IMG/VR virus record: IMGVR_UViG_3300013936_000024
From: an uncultured virus (IMG/VR IMGVR_UViG_3300013936_000024)
Taxonomy: Duplodnaviria; Heunggongvirae; Uroviricota; Caudoviricetes
Reading direction: 5' to 3' (one strand)
DNA length: 20,000 nt
Part shown: positions 15,228 through 20,000 of the stretch, piece after piece
How the letters are laid out: each line of letters starts with the position of its first letter
Position numbering within the stretch: the first letter of the stretch is position 1
Notes under the pieces: model-generated
Told to the model about the DNA's origin: nothing
Database searches by the model: none
Seen by the model: the letters and a program-made list of their open reading frames with translations, nothing else
Translations under genes and position numbers: made by a program

Positions 15228-15662
15228 TTATACGAATTTCATTCTCATATCTCTTCTGGCAAGCATTGATTCTACATCATCAATATATTCTCCGAAATGT
15301 ATTACGATGCGTCCGTCTTCGGGGTATTCTTCAGCTTCATCCAAGTTTTCGTATGCCAAGGCTATGATTCTGTCTTTGCAATCCATCATTGAGGTACAAC
15401 AAGAATACTGTGCTAAATCTAACTTTATATCCGTCTTTAATTGTTTGATATATTCATATTGACTACTATCGGGTTTCAAAATTTCGGGATTAATATTGCA
15501 ACTTGGCTTTTCATCCCATCCTTCCGAGAAAGTGTCCTCATCATTTTCAGATAATAAGAAATGATATACATTCTTATTGTCTGAATCTTTGCCTATGTCA
15601 AGTATATAGACGACTTTTAGATTAGTTTCATCCACATCGTCTTTGAAAATCTCATCACTCAT
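15228..15662 (-). CDS. Acidic hypothetical protein (144 aa)
   Basis: Overlaps the upstream exonuclease stop by 8 nt, suggesting translational coupling. No motif recognised. Confidence 0.7.
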   Translation of the reverse strand: MSDEIFKDDVDETNLKVVYILDIGKDSDNKNVYHFLLSENDEDTFSEGWDEKPSCNINPEILKPDSSQYEYIKQLKTDIKLDLAQYSCCTSMMDCKDRIIALAYENLDEAEEYPEDGRIVIHFGEYIDDVESMLARRDMRMKFV

Positions 15663-16203
15663 TTAATAAATTGTCTAATTTGTTTATTCTTACATATATC
15701 TCACCACAGGCAATTGCGTCTTCTAATGCGTTATGGTGATGCTTTAGATTATAATTTAAGGCTTCACACGTTTTATCAAGAGAATGACCTTTAATCCAAG
15801 TTAGTTTTTCTCGACTTAAATCCAAGGTATCGATATATTCATAATCAGTTTTTGTGCCATAGGCTTCACCATACGCAGTTATGCAGCCTCTTTCAAAAGA
15901 AGCACTATGGGCGACCAAAGGACTATCTTTGATGTATTTTTCATTAATCATTGGCCATATGTCCGAAAACGAAGGACTATCCTTTACGTCTCTATAATGC
16001 AAGCCATGAATCTTATAGCAATGATAGTTTTCAGCTTTTGATGGTGGGCATACCAAGCTATAATAGGTATCAGTCATTACACCGTTCTCGAAAACGGCTA
16101 TTCCTACACTGCATATAGTGGCTCTCCAACTATCCATTGTTTCAAAGTCAATCGCAACAAAACGTTTTGGTAGTGTATTAGGTCTAATTTTTTTATATTC
16201 CAT
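15655..16203 (-). CDS. DEDDh 3'-5' exonuclease (DnaQ/Pol III epsilon-like, 182 aa)
   Basis: ExoI AIDFET, ExoII LVAHSASFE, IDTL, ExoIII HHNALEDA. Confidence 0.9.
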   Translation of the reverse strand: MEYKKIRPNTLPKRFVAIDFETMDSWRATICSVGIAVFENGVMTDTYYSLVCPPSKAENYHCYKIHGLHYRDVKDSPSFSDIWPMINEKYIKDSPLVAHSASFERGCITAYGEAYGTKTDYEYIDTLDLSREKLTWIKGHSLDKTCEALNYNLKHHHNALEDAIACGEIYVRINKLDNLLNE

Positions 16204-16204
16204 A

Positions 16205-18097
16205 TTATTTATTAGCTTCGGATTTAATTATTGTATCCATCATATTCTTTTTGTTTATCACCGTATCATACATATGTTTCGATATTGAATCATTGAACAA
16301 TTGATATACACACGTTACGTCCTTTTTCTGTGTGAGACGATAAATTCTATCCTCTATTTGTGCGTTGTCGGCAGCTACCCAAGAATAACTATTAAACACC
16401 ATTTTATTGGCGACTACCAAGTTAAGTCCTACACCAGCAGCGATTATTTGCCCTATGAATACCTTAACGTTATCGTCGTTATTGAACGATTGTTCTGCCT
16501 TGTCCTTCGCCTTTGATGTCATCTTTCCATCATATACGACGCATTTCTTTTTGTAGTACTTCTTGAACATCTCGATTTCCTCAGTAAATGTACAAGCAAT
16601 AATGACTTTACCTCCTTCTTCAAGCATTTCATCGACTAACTTTATCGTATTCTCAACCATTTGTTTAGCTAAATATTGCCTTACTAGTATTCCTTCGACA
16701 AGTTGTCTGTATTGTTCGCTATTATCGTTTCCTTGTTCAGCCTGTGCCTCTACATACTCTTTCCATAGGCGTTCATATTCTATTCTTTGTGCCTCATTTA
16801 AATCGTATGTCTTTGTGATTATGTTTTTGTCCACCATATCGGTCATTTCAGATAACAGACGACGTATGTATAGATGCTTTATCTTTTCTCTCAACTCCTC
16901 AAGATTAGATGCTCCGCTAAACGTCGTCACTTCTCTGCCTGTCTTTAGATGAAACGTCTTTGCATCGCAGTATCTTTTTATAAAATAACGATAGTCTCTT
17001 GTTATTGGGGCATCTATTAGTTTTAAGATATAATATAAATTAATTGGTTTATTCGTAAGAGGTGTACCTGTAAGTAAGAATACATAATTTGGATTTGCCC
17101 TCTTCAAGAAATCATATATAACCTTATACCTCGTTGAGGAATTATTCGACAGTTTTTGTGCTTCATCGATAATTACACAATCGAATTTATTTAAGAACAA
17201 CGGACTATTCTCCAAGCATTCCTTTATTACGTCTTTTCTGATGGATTTCTTTTTCTTTTCGACCATTTTTCCATCTTTAGCCTTAACCATTACAGGTTTT
17301 CTTATCTCCTCACGGTCTCCATTTTCGTTATATACATATTCAGTCTCATAAACAGTTTCGAGAGGTAAATCATAATAATTATCTAATATATCATAATTTG
17401 TTATTATATATTTTTTATCTGTTATCTCGTCTTTTGAACCTTGTATTATTTGAATATCATTTTCATCATTGTATAATGACAACTCTCTTTTCCAATTAGT
17501 CTTCAAAGACGCAGTCGTAATTATTAATATTTTCTTTGAACCGCTTGCCATAGCAGCAACGATTGACTGAACTGTCTTCCCACTTCCCATTCCGTCCGCC
17601 ATGATGCATTTGCGATTTGCCAACAAGAACTTGACCCCCTCCTTTTGAAGTTTTTTCAGTTTTCTGCCATCCTTTGCAATATTATCATAATAATCAAAAT
17701 CGACTTCTATCGTACTACTATCGACAGTTTCCAATGGAGTTAGTATATTGTTCTTGTTCACATATGTCAATACAGGTGGAACACTTTGTCTGTATTGGAT
17801 ATAACAATGGAAACTATTCCCCATCTCGCCGACGACAGTCGAAATTCTTATTTTTTCGGGATTAAATCCTATCAAGAATTTTTCATTCAATTTTTGACCA
17901 AAGTCAGTGCTTATTTTTACAGTTTTATTCAATTCATAAGGAATAAAATCCTCGTTGTTTATAATGTATTCGATATCGAAGTCACTAAGTGAATAGTGAC
18001 CTTTAATGACCTTGTATTGCAGGTACTTCAAGTAATTGCTTTGTCCATTATATATTTTGATTATTTCATATGCTTTATCTACCGCATTGGTTTTCAT
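16205..18097 (-). CDS. SNF2-family (SF2) helicase/annealing ATPase (630 aa)
   Basis: Motif I ADGMGSGKT, Ia SLKTNWKREL, II IIDEAQ, III LLTGTP, V AAGVGLNL, VI QIEDRIYRLTQ. Confidence 0.9.
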   Translation of the reverse strand: MKTNAVDKAYEIIKIYNGQSNYLKYLQYKVIKGHYSLSDFDIEYIINNEDFIPYELNKTVKISTDFGQKLNEKFLIGFNPEKIRISTVVGEMGNSFHCYIQYRQSVPPVLTYVNKNNILTPLETVDSSTIEVDFDYYDNIAKDGRKLKKLQKEGVKFLLANRKCIMADGMGSGKTVQSIVAAMASGSKKILIITTASLKTNWKRELSLYNDENDIQIIQGSKDEITDKKYIITNYDILDNYYDLPLETVYETEYVYNENGDREEIRKPVMVKAKDGKMVEKKKKSIRKDVIKECLENSPLFLNKFDCVIIDEAQKLSNNSSTRYKVIYDFLKRANPNYVFLLTGTPLTNKPINLYYILKLIDAPITRDYRYFIKRYCDAKTFHLKTGREVTTFSGASNLEELREKIKHLYIRRLLSEMTDMVDKNIITKTYDLNEAQRIEYERLWKEYVEAQAEQGNDNSEQYRQLVEGILVRQYLAKQMVENTIKLVDEMLEEGGKVIIACTFTEEIEMFKKYYKKKCVVYDGKMTSKAKDKAEQSFNNDDNVKVFIGQIIAAGVGLNLVVANKMVFNSYSWVAADNAQIEDRIYRLTQKKDVTCVYQLFNDSISKHMYDTVINKKNMMDTIIKSEANK

Positions 18098-18118
18098 TCA
18101 CAAGTTTTCATATTTTTG

Positions 18119-18135
18119 GTAAATATACTACTTAA
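18119..18135 (-). promoter_or_regulatory. Possible Bacteroidota-type promoter variant upstream of the helicase operon
   Basis: Minus strand aagtagTATATTTAc parallels aagttgTATATTTGc upstream of polB, with one mismatch to TAnnTTTG. Confidence 0.35.
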
Positions 18136-18179
18136 TTTCCTAAAATGATAATTATTAGTAAAGAATTTAATAATTTTTA

Positions 18180-18707
18180 ATGAATGGTACATATAATCCG
18201 ATAGGAAGGAATAGTATGTTTTATTCCGAGGAAGATTTTCAGATGGAAAGTGGTCTTGTAGAAGATTATTTCGAGGAAGACCTTAATCAGACTATCATAC
18301 TATATGAGGTGGACAGAAAACGAACAAATGTCAACACAACATACAAAGAAGTGGATGAAGCTCATGGGGGTGTAAGATTTAAATCTCCAAGGGAAATACC
18401 TTGTATGTTTGAGATTAAAGAATCCGAGGTAAAGTCTTACGATAATAAAACTGCGAACGGCATATATTCAGTCAGTGGTAATTTTGAAGGTATAATATTA
18501 TGCCGTACACTTGAAAAATATCATTGTGACATTAAGAGGGGCGACTACATAGCTGTCCAAATTGATACCAATAGGAAGTCATACTTTGTCGTGACTAACG
18601 ATGGTAAAATTAATACAGCAAATGCGAATTACATTGGAGCATATAAGACTGCCTACAGAAAAATAGAGGCAACAGCCACTACGATAGATGAATTTAATGG
18701 AAAATAA
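18180..18707 (+). CDS. Putative head-closure/neck protein, T4 gp14-like (175 aa)
   Basis: Pattern E..LVEDY....NQTIILY...R......Y.E.....F..P resembles gp14-type proteins. Order relative to the gp13-like and gp15-like genes fits. Confidence 0.45.
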   Translation: MNGTYNPIGRNSMFYSEEDFQMESGLVEDYFEEDLNQTIILYEVDRKRTNVNTTYKEVDEAHGGVRFKSPREIPCMFEIKESEVKSYDNKTANGIYSVSGNFEGIILCRTLEKYHCDIKRGDYIAVQIDTNRKSYFVVTNDGKINTANANYIGAYKTAYRKIEATATTIDEFNGK

Positions 18708-18713
18708 AACGAT

Positions 18714-19844
18714 ATGGATAAGCAACCTAAAAAATATATACAACCTATAAGGTATTCCGATATACCTTTCGGTAATGAAGTGAGAAAGTCTTATCAAAAG
18801 ACAATATTGGATAAATCGCCTATAATACCTAAGCCCTTAGAATATGAGGACATTGACAATGCTTTTTTTGATTTTGTTGAAAACACGGTCGAGATAATCG
18901 TTAATGGGAAGAAGATACCAACATTTACCCTTTATAGCAGTCAACGTTTCTCCGAGTATTCTCAAACGTGGAATCATTCAGACGAAGACAACAATGTTTT
19001 AATGAATTTCAAGACTGTAAGTAGGGATAATAATCCGACATCGGGCGATAACCAAGGAGGACTTTGGAATATCCCCGGTGAAAGAAAATATACACTATTG
19101 CAACGAACTGTGTTGGATGACAATGGAAATGAAAGCTACGAGGTGTATTCGATGAAACAACCTTATTCAGTGGATTTGTCATATAGGGTGAATTTTGTTA
19201 CAAATACATTTGAAAGCATTAATTTATTCAACCAAAAGATAAATGAGTTATTTAAATCACGACAATGTTACATAAGACCTAACGGACATTATATCCCTAT
19301 GGTAATTGATCAAATCGATGATGAGAGTACTTACAGTATCGAAGACCGTAAGTTTTATGTGCAGTCTGTTTCGATAAAGGTTATGGCTTATATAATTCAT
19401 GAAGACGATTTTCAAGTTGAAAGGTTTCCTAAAAGAATAATTTTGATGACTGAAGGCGAAAAGTCTAAGAAGCCTAAGATATCAATCGAGGAATATGAAA
19501 CTGACGATTTTGAATATACCAACATTGATATGACTATTGATTTCAAGAATGGAATAGACAAAGCCAACTTTACGTCTGATACGGATTTTGTCGTCGAGAA
19601 TATAAAAACTGACAATGTTAGAAATCTGAGAATATTCATAAATGGAACTATGATATACCATAAGGATGGTTTTAAGATAAAAAATGAGGATGAAGTGAAA
19701 ATAAAGTTGTTCGTAGTTGACATTTTTAAGAATTCGGTAGTATATTTGCATGGGTATAATCCAAATAAAACCTATGAAGTCTCGGATGTACCTGAGAAAG
19801 TATATGATGAAAAAGAAAAATTTGAAGAAATAAAAATAGATTAA
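18714..19844 (+). CDS. Putative tail terminator/sheath-stabiliser protein, T4 gp15-like (376 aa)
   Basis: EDIDNAFFDF near the N-terminus and QPYSVDLSYRVNFVT...IN..NQKI...F resemble gp15-type proteins. Follows the gp14-like gene. Confidence 0.45.
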   Translation: MDKQPKKYIQPIRYSDIPFGNEVRKSYQKTILDKSPIIPKPLEYEDIDNAFFDFVENTVEIIVNGKKIPTFTLYSSQRFSEYSQTWNHSDEDNNVLMNFKTVSRDNNPTSGDNQGGLWNIPGERKYTLLQRTVLDDNGNESYEVYSMKQPYSVDLSYRVNFVTNTFESINLFNQKINELFKSRQCYIRPNGHYIPMVIDQIDDESTYSIEDRKFYVQSVSIKVMAYIIHEDDFQVERFPKRIILMTEGEKSKKPKISIEEYETDDFEYTNIDMTIDFKNGIDKANFTSDTDFVVENIKTDNVRNLRIFINGTMIYHKDGFKIKNEDEVKIKLFVVDIFKNSVVYLHGYNPNKTYEVSDVPEKVYDEKEKFEEIKID

Positions 19845-19850
19845 TTTTTC

Positions 19851-19937
19851 TCATGTATACTAGATCAATATATTTTATAATTTTTAATTATTTTTATATA
19901 TAATATTAAAAAATAAATAATATACTAGTATACATGA
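19851..19937. repeat. 13-bp inverted repeat enclosing an almost pure AT spacer
   Basis: tcatgtatactag (19851-19863) / ctagtatacatga (19925-19937), with an inner ttattttt/aaaaataa pairing. Confidence 0.7.
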
Positions 19938-20000
19938 AATTTAAATTTATATTATAATAATATTATAAAAATAAAAAAATAAATATAAATTAATATTATT

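Noticed and set aside
16205..18097. Intein in the SNF2 helicase (Lys-rich insert between motifs Ia and II)
   Set aside because: The insert is short and lacks block A/B/F/G signatures.
105..19751. Numerous 60-146-aa ORFs overlapping the long genes (e.g. 2043-2483, 7807-8139, 16563-16952, 19412-19723)
   Set aside because: They are antisense or alternate-frame shadows of well-supported CDSs, with no recognisable motifs.
1..20000. Stop-codon reassignment (TAG to Gln, as in Lak and some crAss-like phages)
   Set aside because: Genes are full length and densely packed in the standard code. TAG appears to be a real stop at 3184-3186 (next to a terminator) and 10286-10288.
1..20000. tRNA, rRNA or other structured ncRNA genes
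   Set aside because: Intergenic gaps are short and AT-rich, and no cloverleaf or T-loop signature was seen by eye. A covariance-model search would be needed to exclude small RNAs fully.

Overview
AT-rich, densely coded window (standard genetic code) that looks like part of a large T4-like/jumbo myophage genome, probably infecting a Bacteroidota host. The host inference rests on TAnnTTTG promoter elements and a Bacteroidota-style lipoprotein. The main finding is a fractured family-B DNA polymerase. The gene is split inside catalytic motif C (VGD|TDG) into two ORFs (7218-9761 and 3184-4839), each carrying one half of a naturally split intein: a 188-aa Ser-starting IntN with an apparent LAGLIDADG remnant, and a 33-aa IntC ending in an atypical Ser-Asn/Thr junction. 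Two different free-standing zinc-ribbon/PD-(D/E)xK endonuclease genes lie between the halves. Two more endonucleases of the same modular type flank a T4 gp13-like neck gene. The window also holds two putative virion fibre proteins, a BppU-like protein, a retropepsin-like lipoprotein, a SNF2 helicase, a DEDDh exonuclease, gp14/gp15-like proteins and several hairpins. All family assignments come from motif recognition by eye; no database search was run.
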